DNA of 64,000 nt from an uncultured bacterium (GTDB lineage Bacteria > Babelota > Babeliae > Babelales > Babelaceae), in assembly GCA_963824495.1 (NCBI GenBank), contig CAWGPQ010000014.1, positions 32,001 through 96,000 on the forward strand, in the 5' to 3' direction. The notes below the pieces were generated by a model. That model searched no databases. It was given only the letters and a program-made list of their open reading frames with translations, and had not been told where the DNA came from. Position 1 is the first letter of the stretch, and every line of letters starts with the position of its first letter. Below are positions 9,416-18,632 of this stretch, piece after piece. Both the position numbers and the translations under genes were made by a program.

Positions 9416-9790
9416 ATGAAAAAATTTAGGCACATAGGTTATCCACTTATAGGTTATCTATTGATAAGTTCATGTACTCTACAAAGTTATTATGAAGGTA
9501 ATGAGTCGTATATACAACAAGCCTATAGCCCAAAGACTCAGCGTGCTATTAAGAGTACTTTTACGAGTGTAGGATTTGTGCTTGGGTGGGGTATTGCTTA
9601 TCCCTTGATTGAAAGACAATTTGAAGAGCAACTCACAAGAAATAGATGGCAAAGATTCCTGAGTGAATCGTCGGAATTTATGAAAGTATTTACAAAAATA
9701 TTTGCGGCAGGTAGTTTTGGGCTAGTTGCCTCCGGGCTTGGAGATACATTACACAAGAGTTGCTATCCACCTCAAGCTGAAAAAAGTTAG
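9416..9790 (+). CDS. Secreted protein with two Gly-rich hydrophobic helices (paralog of 8120-8554)
   Basis: Start MKKFRH at 9416; GFVLGW and FAAGSFGLV motifs. Confidence 0.55.
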   Translation: MKKFRHIGYPLIGYLLISSCTLQSYYEGNESYIQQAYSPKTQRAIKSTFTSVGFVLGWGIAYPLIERQFEEQLTRNRWQRFLSESSEFMKVFTKIFAAGSFGLVASGLGDTLHKSCYPPQAEKS

Positions 9791-9814
9791 GGTGGCCAAA
9801 AATAGACCACCCTA
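9788..9814. terminator. Hairpin between convergent genes, likely terminator
   Basis: TAGGGTGG (9788-9795) / CCACCCTA (9807-9814) inverted repeat. Confidence 0.55.
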
Positions 9815-9837
9815 TCAAAAATTATTATCAGATTTGA

Positions 9838-10614
9838 TTATGACGTATAGTGAGCTGCTATGGCCTTAATTTCTTCGTCTAACTCTCGAAGTTCAGGTAC
9901 ATACTTATACTTAAGCTGTGTTATGGCCTCAAGATGGAGCTCAGAATTTTTATCTGCCTGATATTTTTCAGCAAGTAACTGGGCTTCATGCTGATAATCT
10001 ATGCTTTCTATAACACGTGCAAATTTTTGCATTGCTGAAGCATGTTTCACAAAAAGCTGTGTAAAACCGCTCGTCAGTGCTTGAGCTTGTTCTATGCTAG
10101 GTGCTTTAGGAGCAGTGCTATAAAGTCGATCCAATTTTATCATTTTTTCTTGTAGCGCTGCTAGCTCAGGAATATATCTATTGATTATAGCTTGATGTTC
10201 TTTTACATACTCAGCTGATAGGAACCTGTTTTCATCTTTTGCTTTACGAGCTAGGGCATGAAGTTCTTGAGCACAGCTTGAATTTTCCATAGCCTTTTTC
10301 ATAAAGGCATTAAATTCTTCTTCTAAGCTTTTCACCTTGTGCATAAGTACTGCTCTTTGCTCCTGATCAAGATTGAGTGAATAATATTTTCTAAACATTG
10401 TATCAAGAGAAGCCCGTCTTAGAGTTTCTTCATGCGTTACTGTAGGACTTTCGAGTTCTATCTCAGATTTTCGTTCGTGTGGAGTAATAATAAGAGAAGT
10501 GCCATCGGTTTTGATCTTGAGCAATGCGCCTTCTTGTATATTAAGAAGTTCAAGTAGGGCTTTATCGAGAATAATGGCATTGCTATTGCCGTATTTTACA
10601 AGCCTTTTTAGCAT
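9838..10614 (-). CDS. AbrB/MazE-type DNA-binding domain with long helical C-terminal extension
   Basis: N-terminus KRLVKYGNSNAIILDKALLELLNI...LIITP is a swapped-hairpin signature. Confidence 0.75.
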   Translation of the reverse strand: MLKRLVKYGNSNAIILDKALLELLNIQEGALLKIKTDGTSLIITPHERKSEIELESPTVTHEETLRRASLDTMFRKYYSLNLDQEQRAVLMHKVKSLEEEFNAFMKKAMENSSCAQELHALARKAKDENRFLSAEYVKEHQAIINRYIPELAALQEKMIKLDRLYSTAPKAPSIEQAQALTSGFTQLFVKHASAMQKFARVIESIDYQHEAQLLAEKYQADKNSELHLEAITQLKYKYVPELRELDEEIKAIAAHYTS

Positions 10615-10642
10615 GCATTAGCCTTTCAGGTAGAGTGAGTTG

Positions 10643-10843
10643 TTAGGATATTAGATAATTAATGAGCAATGCCGCGACCAAATAGATGGGGCCAAATACC
10701 ATAAGAATGATTGCCAATCTCTTGCTGAACGGCATGTGCACAAGTCTGTTGATAAAGTTCTGGCCAAATGTGGTATAGCCAAGCACGATAGCTTGAGGAA
10801 TGCCAACAGCAACCATCATTATAACTATACCTAAAGTTCTCAT
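10643..10843 (-). CDS. Small two-TM membrane protein, distant NNTxFG-family member
   Basis: GYTTFGQ...PFSKRLAIIL; GGAAGG-like RBS upstream. Confidence 0.55.
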   Translation of the reverse strand: MRTLGIVIMMVAVGIPQAIVLGYTTFGQNFINRLVHMPFSKRLAIILMVFGPIYLVAALLINYLIS

Positions 10844-10873
10844 GTGTTACCTTCCAGGATAAGGGTTATTGAA

Positions 10874-10913
10874 ATGTAATTACATAGTATATACAAAGTT
10901 AATACAATGGCAA
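10874..10913 (-). promoter_or_regulatory. Promoter TTGCCA-16-TATACT overlapped by three 11-bp-phased operator-like boxes
   Basis: GTAATTACA (10876), GTATATACA (10887), GTTAATACA (10898); ATGTAATTACAT is a perfect palindrome. Confidence 0.6.
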
Positions 10914-11037
10914 ACAATAGCAAGCAAAATTTTTGAGAAATGATTTTTTGGTATATTTACATTCACTAATTTTTTATAATAAACGGTACTATATTTAATC
11001 TTTTAACGTTACGTGAGGTTGTTTGATGAAAGTTATC

Positions 11038-11367
11038 ATGAAGAAAAACAAGTTTCTTATCGTGTTGTTAATAATAGGTTTGGCGCAAACTGGATTTACC
11101 CCTTGTCTTAACGCTACGTATACTGATAGTGAGCACGCTCGAGATATCTATATTAATGCTACCGCCATCCTTGCTTCTATGATAAGCATGGGAGTAACTT
11201 CTCATATTCTCGTACGATGTGGGTTTGGCCTTGAAGAACGTCACGTGGGTAGGGCTTTTGCTGGCTTAGTGCTTATTGCTGCCATAGGCTATGCCAGTCT
11301 GTATGGTACTCAATATATTCTAGCGTCATTAACTCGCCAAGCCAAAGATAAAGATAGGGTGTATTAG
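11038..11367 (+). CDS. Secreted/membrane hypothetical protein
   Basis: MKKNKFLIVLL signal followed by two hydrophobic helices. Confidence 0.55.
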   Translation: MKKNKFLIVLLIIGLAQTGFTPCLNATYTDSEHARDIYINATAILASMISMGVTSHILVRCGFGLEERHVGRAFAGLVLIAAIGYASLYGTQYILASLTRQAKDKDRVY

Positions 11368-12419
11368 TTTTTGATAGCAAGTTTGCTCATATCTTCGGCA
11401 TCATTACACATACCTTGGGTTTCCCATTCGTACAGCAAGTGATTGATGTCCAACCCCTTTTTTACTAAGAAACCAATCATATAAAGGGCACGCTCCAAGT
11501 CTGACGCATGATTATCAAGTTCTTGCGCTACAAGAAAGTCTGAGTTTTCAATATGAGCAATGCGTCGAAGAATGACTGATAGTCTCCCATGTACAAACAG
11601 CTTCTCAAGGGCATAGAGATCAGCACGCTGCTCTTTGCCTCGTTGGTAGATCATAACGGTATAGGTATCTTTATTTTTTGGGGCGTGCCATAAGCAGGTA
11701 TGAGTTTTGAGTAGATCTACTATTTTTGTACCAATACGTGTGGTAGTGGTAATCGACTGTTTGCCCTGTTCAGTATATAGTTTAATTTTTTCTAAATCTA
11801 ACGAGAAATCTTTTGCTGCAATGATGCTCTCAATAGAAATCTTAGCAGTTACTGCTAAATTATAGCTTACGGGATCTTGATGTACTAAGTGGCCAAGTTC
11901 ATGATAAATATAGAAAAGCCTTAGCTCTCTATCACGATCGCTAAATACGCCGATAAAGGGTGTCTCTGTTTGGGGTGTAAGTCCCGAGAATCCTTCACTC
12001 AGTGTTCCAGCAATACATATCTTACCGGGTATATCAAGAAGCATCTTTGCTTCACGAGCAAGTATTTCTTGAGCAAGTGTGGGCCAATGAGCTTCTGCTG
12101 TGGGTATAAGTTGTTCATGCATAAGCACTTTAAAATCTAATGTTTCACGCAGATCTTCAAGCCATGAATAGTCAATATCTGAAATGCTTTTTGCAGAGCT
12201 TGCGTGCTGATACTCACGTAATACATTGTACAACGTTACTATCATTTTATCGTGTAAGCCATCGGCTTTTTTAGATTTTTTCTCAAGAAGGCCATCGAGA
12301 AGTTTTAATGTTGTTGATGCTGTATGAAGAGCATCAGGTTTTTGAGTATGAGCAATCAGTGATGTGCTGATAAGAGTTACAATAAAAAAGATAGATACCC
12401 TAAAATGCAGGTGCTTCAT
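11364..12419 (-). CDS. Secreted zinc metalloprotease-like protein (M48-like)
   Basis: Signal peptide; HELGH (HExxH) and KEQRAD third-ligand-type motif. Confidence 0.6.
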   Translation of the reverse strand: MKHLHFRVSIFFIVTLISTSLIAHTQKPDALHTASTTLKLLDGLLEKKSKKADGLHDKMIVTLYNVLREYQHASSAKSISDIDYSWLEDLRETLDFKVLMHEQLIPTAEAHWPTLAQEILAREAKMLLDIPGKICIAGTLSEGFSGLTPQTETPFIGVFSDRDRELRLFYIYHELGHLVHQDPVSYNLAVTAKISIESIIAAKDFSLDLEKIKLYTEQGKQSITTTTRIGTKIVDLLKTHTCLWHAPKNKDTYTVMIYQRGKEQRADLYALEKLFVHGRLSVILRRIAHIENSDFLVAQELDNHASDLERALYMIGFLVKKGLDINHLLYEWETQGMCNDAEDMSKLAIKN

Positions 12420-12521
12420 CGGATTTACCGGGTTTTAGGTTATATTAGAATGTGACTATAGTTGATTAAACAGTACACTGCGGGTAACGTGAGAGTCAAC
12501 GATAACGATGCGTGTATCTGG

Positions 12522-13928
12522 TTAAAGCCCTTGATTCATGTGGTTAATGGCTGATTCAAGTGGATGATTAGTATCGAGGTAAGCTTTCCATTCTACTACC
12601 ACTCCTGGTTCACTGCTATACTCTTCACTAAGAGTTGTGCGGTAGCCGGTAATAACGTTTTTCTCAGAGCTCGTAAACAAGACTGGGCAAAAAGGCGAAT
12701 TACTTGGACCAGGCAATACGCCAAGGGCCATGCCTGAGTGCGTATCCCATACAATGGTTTTTGCGTTACCATCACGACTAACGAGCCGATTTCCCGATTC
12801 GTTAAAGGCTAGATGAGCAATTGGAGCGTAATGTCCGGTAAATGTTTTAACGGTTTCTTCTGTATGTACGTTAATAAGCCTTATAGTATTATTATCTTCG
12901 CCCATGGCTAAAAGAGCTGGATCATGAGGGTGAAATCGTGCGACGGTATACCTGTTTTTTTACGATCACCTTTTGTGACAGACACCAAGCTTTTAACAAG
13001 ATTGCCTGTTGTGGTGTCCCATATCTTTACCATGCCATCCCAGGCAGCAGATGCCAGCAATGAGCTGTCACTGTTAAATGATACGCTATGGCCCCAATGC
13101 GTGTGGCCTTCAAGGATACGTAAGGTCTTCCATGTTGCAGTATCCCAGAGTCGTACTGTTGTGTCATCTGATATTGAAGCAAATAATGAGCTATGAGGAC
13201 TAAAGGTTATATCGGTTATCCAATCGGTATGCCCATCAAGAGTATGAGTAATTTTGTGTAAATTAGGATCGTAAATTTTGATAAAGCTTTTTACGTGGTA
13301 GATCATCTTTTGTTGTAAGCACAGGCTTATTCCTAGCTAAGCCTATGGCTAAAAGATTACGTTGAGGATGGAACGCAAGCGCACGAATAAAGCTGCTCTT
13401 GCCCGCTATAAGTTCATGGATAAGGTTTTGGGTGGCTATATCCCATAATTTGACTACACCGTTGCGGTCTCCCGATGCGATAAGGTTTGCAGGAGGTTGA
13501 TATGCCAAAGCAGAAACCGTAGGGCTATTGTGAAAGTAGAGCACTGAGATAAGTGAAGGAAATTTTTCTGGGTTGTTTAAAATAAGATATCCTGTAAGGT
13601 CTTGGGCGTATTGAGGAGATATTTTTTCGATATGGTATATAGTTTTATAAAATTTTTCGGCATCAAGTGATTGACAATCAAGTAGCACAAGAAGCTTAGC
13701 ATAATAAGGCAGGTATGGTTCGCGCTCGTGCTCTTCGCCTCTACCTTCAAAGGCATTCTTGAGTTCTTGCTTGTCGAACGTGGCAAGCTTATAAAAATCT
13801 TCAATTGAAATAGCCGGTGAAATATCAGGAGTAAGAGGGCATATAGGTAGTCGACTAATGGATCCAATATACGTATTGTACATAATACTAATAAATAGAG
13901 TAAAGAAAAAAGTTGAGAATAGCTTCAT
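12522..13928 (-). pseudogene. Secreted WD40-repeat protein split into three ORFs by two frameshifts
   Basis: GH...WD repeats run through ORFs 13263-13928, 12908-13306 and 12522-12905. The frames can be rejoined at the T5 run (13288-13292) and the T7 run (12955-12961). Confidence 0.8.
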
Positions 13929-14023
13929 ATCTTATCCTTTTAATTTTTTATATTAGATATTAATATTTAAGTTATAGTGTTAATTAATATTATACCATTT
14001 TCTTAAAAATCTATTCAATGGTT

Positions 14024-14593
14024 CTAAACAAGGGTTTTTAGAGAGTTTTCGATGAAAAAATATATTCTGTAATGCTCGAGCTCTGCTATTGAGGTATAAA
14101 TATCAGGAAGTGCTCTGTGAGTTTCAGTTTTCTTATATCTAATATGGGGATTATTGGGGTACCAGCGTCGAACGAGTTCTTTGATGGTACTGACATCGAC
14201 GAGGCGATAATGGGCAAATTCATCAATAGAGGGCATATAGCGTCGTAGAAACGCGCGATCTTGATACACGGTGTTACCACATAAGGGAGATTTATGGGGC
14301 AGGCAGTATTGTTTAATAAACTCAAGCGTTTCATGTTCTGCTTGTTCTAGTGAAATGGTTGAATGAAGTACAGCGTTAACTAGACCTGATTTAGTATGGT
14401 ATTTCGTATTCCAAGCATCCATTTTTTTCAGAAGATCTTCCGGTTGGTGAATAACAAGTGATGGCCCTTCGGCTATAACCTCAAGCTGATTATTCGTGAT
14501 AACAGTAGCAATTTCTAAAATTCTATCACCGCTATCAAGATGTAACCCAGTCATTTCTAAATCTATCCAAATTAAATGATTTTCTGAGATCAT
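14024..14593 (-). CDS. orn: Oligoribonuclease
   Basis: LIWIDLEMTGL, HTKSGL, CGNTVYQDR, DVSTIKEL, HRAL; start MISENH at 14593. Confidence 0.95.
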   Translation of the reverse strand: MISENHLIWIDLEMTGLHLDSGDRILEIATVITNNQLEVIAEGPSLVIHQPEDLLKKMDAWNTKYHTKSGLVNAVLHSTISLEQAEHETLEFIKQYCLPHKSPLCGNTVYQDRAFLRRYMPSIDEFAHYRLVDVSTIKELVRRWYPNNPHIRYKKTETHRALPDIYTSIAELEHYRIYFFIENSLKTLV

Positions 14594-14676
14594 AATTTTT
14601 GTTTTCCTGCTACACTTATATACTATTGACAAAGCTTATCATGTTTTTGGTGCATTATCATTAAATTTAATGCGAG

Positions 14677-16875
14677 GTGTTTATGCACACATTACCGTTA
14701 CGTGTTGGTGTTCTTATGGGAGGAAAGTCCATTGAACGGGAAGTTTCCCTTAATACGGGCCGGACAATCTGCGATCATATTGATACTGCGCGCTATCAGT
14801 GTGTGCCTATTTTTCAGACAGGTGAAGGTAAGCTCTTTGAGTTACCCTGGCATTTTTTGCATCGGGGTAAAATTAGTGATTTCGAGCATCGCTTGCCCTC
14901 TCAAGCGCAACCTATAACATGGGAGAGCTTAAGAAATTTGGTTGATCTGATCTATATTGCTCAGCATGGTCGTTTTGCTGAAGATGGAGCTCTACAGGGC
15001 CTTTTAGAAATTTTGCGTATCCCCTACGTTGGGTCTAAAGTTATGGCGAGTGCTTTGGGTATGGATAAGCACATGCAAAAAAGTTTCTTACGGGCTGCTG
15101 GTGTTGCTGTCCCTGCAAGTATCACGCTTATGCCCTATCAGTTTGATAGTTGGGATAGGTATGCGATACGGTTTCCTTGTATTGTAAAACCGTCTAAAGA
15201 AGGATCAAGCTTGGGTGTTGCTCTTGTACGTAACCCTGAAGATCTTGTGGCTGCTCTTGTAAAAGCATCGACCATAACGCCGGACATCAAGCAACCAGTG
15301 CTTATCGAAGAGTATATCGAAGGCATGGAGTTTTCGTGCATAATTTTAACCGATTACTCTACAGGTAGTCTATTGCCCTTACCTCCAACTGAAATCGTGC
15401 ATGAAGCAGGGAGTGATATTTTTGATTACGAGCAAAAGTACATGCCTGGTCGTGCCATAAAGCATACGCCAGCACGTTGTAGTATTGAGCAGATTAAGCA
15501 CATACAGGATACCTGTGTACACGTTATGCAAACGTTAGGTATTACAAATTTGGCTCGTATTGATGGATTTTTAACGCAGGATAATCGGATAGTTATTATT
15601 GACCCTAACACATTTGCAGGAATGAGCCCTTCGAGTTTTACAAGTGTACAAGCGGCAGAAATTGGTATGAGTCATACACAACTTATTAATCATTTACTAG
15701 AAACTGAGCTTCATGCCTACACTATGCGTGACGTTTGTGCTTTATCAGGCAAAAGTGCACAACTTCACGCGCCAAAGTTACGGGTTGCTGTTTTGATGGG
15801 CGGCTCTTCAAATGAGAAAGAGATATCGCTTGAATCAGGTAGAAATATTGTGTATAAGCTATCGCCACATACCTATGAAGCATTGCCTATTTTTCTAGAT
15901 ACGCATCTTAATCTTTACGTCATTGATCAGCATCTCTTGGTTCGCAACACCACGCATGAAATTACTCAGGGATTAACACCAGCTATGAGAATATCGTGGG
16001 ATGATCTACGTGCCTATGCTGATGTTGTTTTTATAGGTCTTCATGGTGGTGAAGGAGAAAATGGTTGTGTTCAAGGAGCACTTGAGATGTTGGGGCTACC
16101 GTATAATGGCTCAGGTGTGCTTACCAGTGCTTTGTGTATGGATAAGTTCAAAACAAATCAATTTTTGAAACAACAGGGTTTTTCTGTACCCGATGGCGTA
16201 CTTATTTCGTGTCAACAATGGGAACAAACTGGCACATTACCTCAAGAATTTTCAGCTTCTTACCCCTTAATTGTCAAACCACATGATGACGGCTGTAGTG
16301 TTCTTGTCTTTAAAGTTCATACTGATCATGAGGTACAGCAAGCACTGGCTCAAATTTTTTCTGCCGGCAAATCCCATGCTCTTATTGAAGAGTATATACA
16401 TGGCATGGAGCTTACCGTTGGCGTTATTGGCAATACGCAGCCTCGAGCCTTACCTCCTAGTCGAACATTAGCAAGTCACGGAATACTGTCTATTGAAGAA
16501 AAATTTTTACCAGGCGCTGGGGAAAACCAAACACCCGCACCATTACCTGAAGACACGTTACTCTTTATTCAAGCTACTATCGAAAGAGCATATCAGGCAC
16601 TTAACTGTAAGGGATATGCACGTATTGATTGCTTTTATCAATCTGCAGATACAAGCCCTACTGGACATGAGCGTGTTATACTTCTTGAGGTAAATACGCT
16701 TCCAGGTATGACCCCCGCTACGTGCTTGTTTCACCAAGCTGCTGAAGTTGGCATTAAGCCCATGGATTTTATTGATCTTATAATTCGGCTTGGGCTTGAG
16801 GAACATGGGAAAGTTACTGTCCGTGATACAGCATCTAATTACAGCATAAATCAAGAAACTCCCGTTAACTTATAA
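14677..16875 (+). CDS. ddl: Tandem (two-domain) D-alanine--D-alanine ligase-like protein
   Basis: Two full Ddl units, each with VLMGG.S.E.E.SL, HG...E.G..QG.LE, MDK, KP...G.S, IEEYI.GME, ARID and NT..GM. Confidence 0.9.
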   Translation: MFMHTLPLRVGVLMGGKSIEREVSLNTGRTICDHIDTARYQCVPIFQTGEGKLFELPWHFLHRGKISDFEHRLPSQAQPITWESLRNLVDLIYIAQHGRFAEDGALQGLLEILRIPYVGSKVMASALGMDKHMQKSFLRAAGVAVPASITLMPYQFDSWDRYAIRFPCIVKPSKEGSSLGVALVRNPEDLVAALVKASTITPDIKQPVLIEEYIEGMEFSCIILTDYSTGSLLPLPPTEIVHEAGSDIFDYEQKYMPGRAIKHTPARCSIEQIKHIQDTCVHVMQTLGITNLARIDGFLTQDNRIVIIDPNTFAGMSPSSFTSVQAAEIGMSHTQLINHLLETELHAYTMRDVCALSGKSAQLHAPKLRVAVLMGGSSNEKEISLESGRNIVYKLSPHTYEALPIFLDTHLNLYVIDQHLLVRNTTHEITQGLTPAMRISWDDLRAYADVVFIGLHGGEGENGCVQGALEMLGLPYNGSGVLTSALCMDKFKTNQFLKQQGFSVPDGVLISCQQWEQTGTLPQEFSASYPLIVKPHDDGCSVLVFKVHTDHEVQQALAQIFSAGKSHALIEEYIHGMELTVGVIGNTQPRALPPSRTLASHGILSIEEKFLPGAGENQTPAPLPEDTLLFIQATIERAYQALNCKGYARIDCFYQSADTSPTGHERVILLEVNTLPGMTPATCLFHQAAEVGIKPMDFIDLIIRLGLEEHGKVTVRDTASNYSINQETPVNL

Positions 16876-16890
16876 TCAACTAACGACTGA

Positions 16891-17457
16891 TTAAAGTATA
16901 TCATGATGTATATCTTGATTACCCTGCCGTGAAGCTCTTGTCAGTTGCTTATGCTCTATCTTCAGCTGCCCGTTATGATCAATAATCAAGAGAAAACGGA
17001 TTATACGTGCCAGTGCTTGCTCTGAATATGATGAGCTCTGTTTAAGTCGCAGAAGTACTTCTGCTTTGATTAAAATTGTCTCTAAGCAATCATCGGGACT
17101 ATTTTTCCCTTGTTCATATACACGAGCGTAGACAATGCCCGTTTCGTTTTCCCAGATGCCAAATGTGTCATCTTGAGCCTTAACTAAAAGGGCATACTGT
17201 GGTATATATGGTATATCGCGAATAAATTGATCGTGATATTTTTGTGTAGAAATAAAAGGTATCAAAAGACCCTCTTTAAGTCCTTTGCGCTTAAGGCTTG
17301 AAATAACTGCTTGAATTTTACGGTAATCTTGCAACAATATCGTTTCAGCTGACCTATTAGCAAGTTCAGTTACTGCAAACTTGTAATGTGATGGTGATGC
17401 ATTTATTAAGCAAGAGCTGCTTAACACAAGGCAGAATAGTACCGCTTTTTTTATCAT
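16891..17457 (-). CDS. Secreted hypothetical protein
   Basis: Signal peptide MIKKAVLFCLVLSSSCLINA; GAGG RBS. Confidence 0.6.
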   Translation of the reverse strand: MIKKAVLFCLVLSSSCLINASPSHYKFAVTELANRSAETILLQDYRKIQAVISSLKRKGLKEGLLIPFISTQKYHDQFIRDIPYIPQYALLVKAQDDTFGIWENETGIVYARVYEQGKNSPDDCLETILIKAEVLLRLKQSSSYSEQALARIIRFLLIIDHNGQLKIEHKQLTRASRQGNQDIHHDIL

Positions 17458-17602
17458 AGCTAAACCTCGGCAAATCTCCTGATTAAATTTTCATAAAGCC
17501 ATTATAAAACTTCTATTAGGATACACATTTTTGAAGAGTTGTAAACTGGCTTGCCGCACCTAATCTTGCGATGCACAGCGAAAAGTTTTGATTTGCTCAA
17601 GC

Positions 17603-18535
17603 TTAAAAATTAGGATTAGAGTTAGGTGGAAAAGGCCTTATAATGGTAGGATTAAGCAAAAATAACAAGGAATTTCTAGGATGGATACCATTGGGATGCG
17701 GAACTTGACCATGGTTATCACGAACCATAACGTAGCTTGCAATATGAGCTGTAACTTCAGCGGGAAGATCACCGAGACGGCCTTCATGACGTCCAGCTCG
17801 TGTTACGTTCCAAAGAATTGTTTGTGCAGCATTGCGTTCAAGAAATTGAGCAACACGAGCTAAAAGCTCACCAGATTTTGTACCATTAGAAAGCTTGCTT
17901 TGACTGTCAGCTAGGCCCCACGCTGTGTAACCATTATGATTTTTGATATCCAGATGGGCACCTGCACTAAGTAACAGCTTAATTACCGAGATATTACCAT
18001 TACGTGCCCCCAAGTGTAGGGCAGTATTGCCGTCTTTATTATTAGTATAATTAACACGAGCACCATGTTCAATAAGCAATTTAACTATTTCTCTATTTCC
18101 GGTTATAGCTGCCAGCATAAGAGCAGTATGGCCATATATATTGGCATGGTTAACGTTAACGCCATGTGCTTTGATAAGCACGTTAACTATTGCTGTATGA
18201 CCTCTCTCGGCTGCCATCGAAAGAATAGTATTGCCATAATTATTAGTACGATTAACATCAGCACCCCGCTCTAAAAGTAGCTGCACTATCTCTATATTGT
18301 TATTGAAAGTTGCGAACTCGAGAGCAGTATAGCCACCGTTATTTGCATAATTAACATCAGCACCCCGCCCTAGCAAAGAGATTATGGTATCTTTATATCC
18401 AGATATTGCAGCGCTTACCAACTGCTCATTAAGCTGAAGCTGATGCTCTGAGATAGTAGGCTGCATGCTTATAAGCTGATTTGAACCAAACAGAAAGATG
18501 CTAAAGCTAGCTAATGCCAGAATGTGCTTGTTCAT
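17603..18535 (-). CDS. Secreted ankyrin-repeat protein with F-box-like motif
   Basis: Signal ...QLISMQ; about five GADVN...GxTAL repeats; LGDLPAEVTAHIASYV; tail PNSNPNF. Confidence 0.9.
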   Translation of the reverse strand: MNKHILALASFSIFLFGSNQLISMQPTISEHQLQLNEQLVSAAISGYKDTIISLLGRGADVNYANNGGYTALEFATFNNNIEIVQLLLERGADVNRTNNYGNTILSMAAERGHTAIVNVLIKAHGVNVNHANIYGHTALMLAAITGNREIVKLLIEHGARVNYTNNKDGNTALHLGARNGNISVIKLLLSAGAHLDIKNHNGYTAWGLADSQSKLSNGTKSGELLARVAQFLERNAAQTILWNVTRAGRHEGRLGDLPAEVTAHIASYVMVRDNHGQVPHPNGIHPRNSLLFLLNPTIIRPFPPNSNPNF

Positions 18536-18620
18536 GCTATGTCTTCGTTTAAGCTATATTTTTATTTAAAATGACAAAGTTTAATTGTTTTATTATAGCT
18601 TATGATATATGCTGGGTCAA
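18536..18620 (-). promoter_or_regulatory. Ankyrin-cassette promoter/leader, copy A
   Basis: Minus strand TTGACC-17-TATAAT, then TTGTCATTTTAAATAAAAATATAGCTTAAAC leader. Confidence 0.8.
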
Positions 18621-18632
18621 TTTTGCTCAAGA

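Noticed and set aside
752..16875. A bona fide vanHAX resistance cluster
   Set aside because: The genes are 12 kb apart and no vanH or vanRS is present; kept only as a mechanistic analogy
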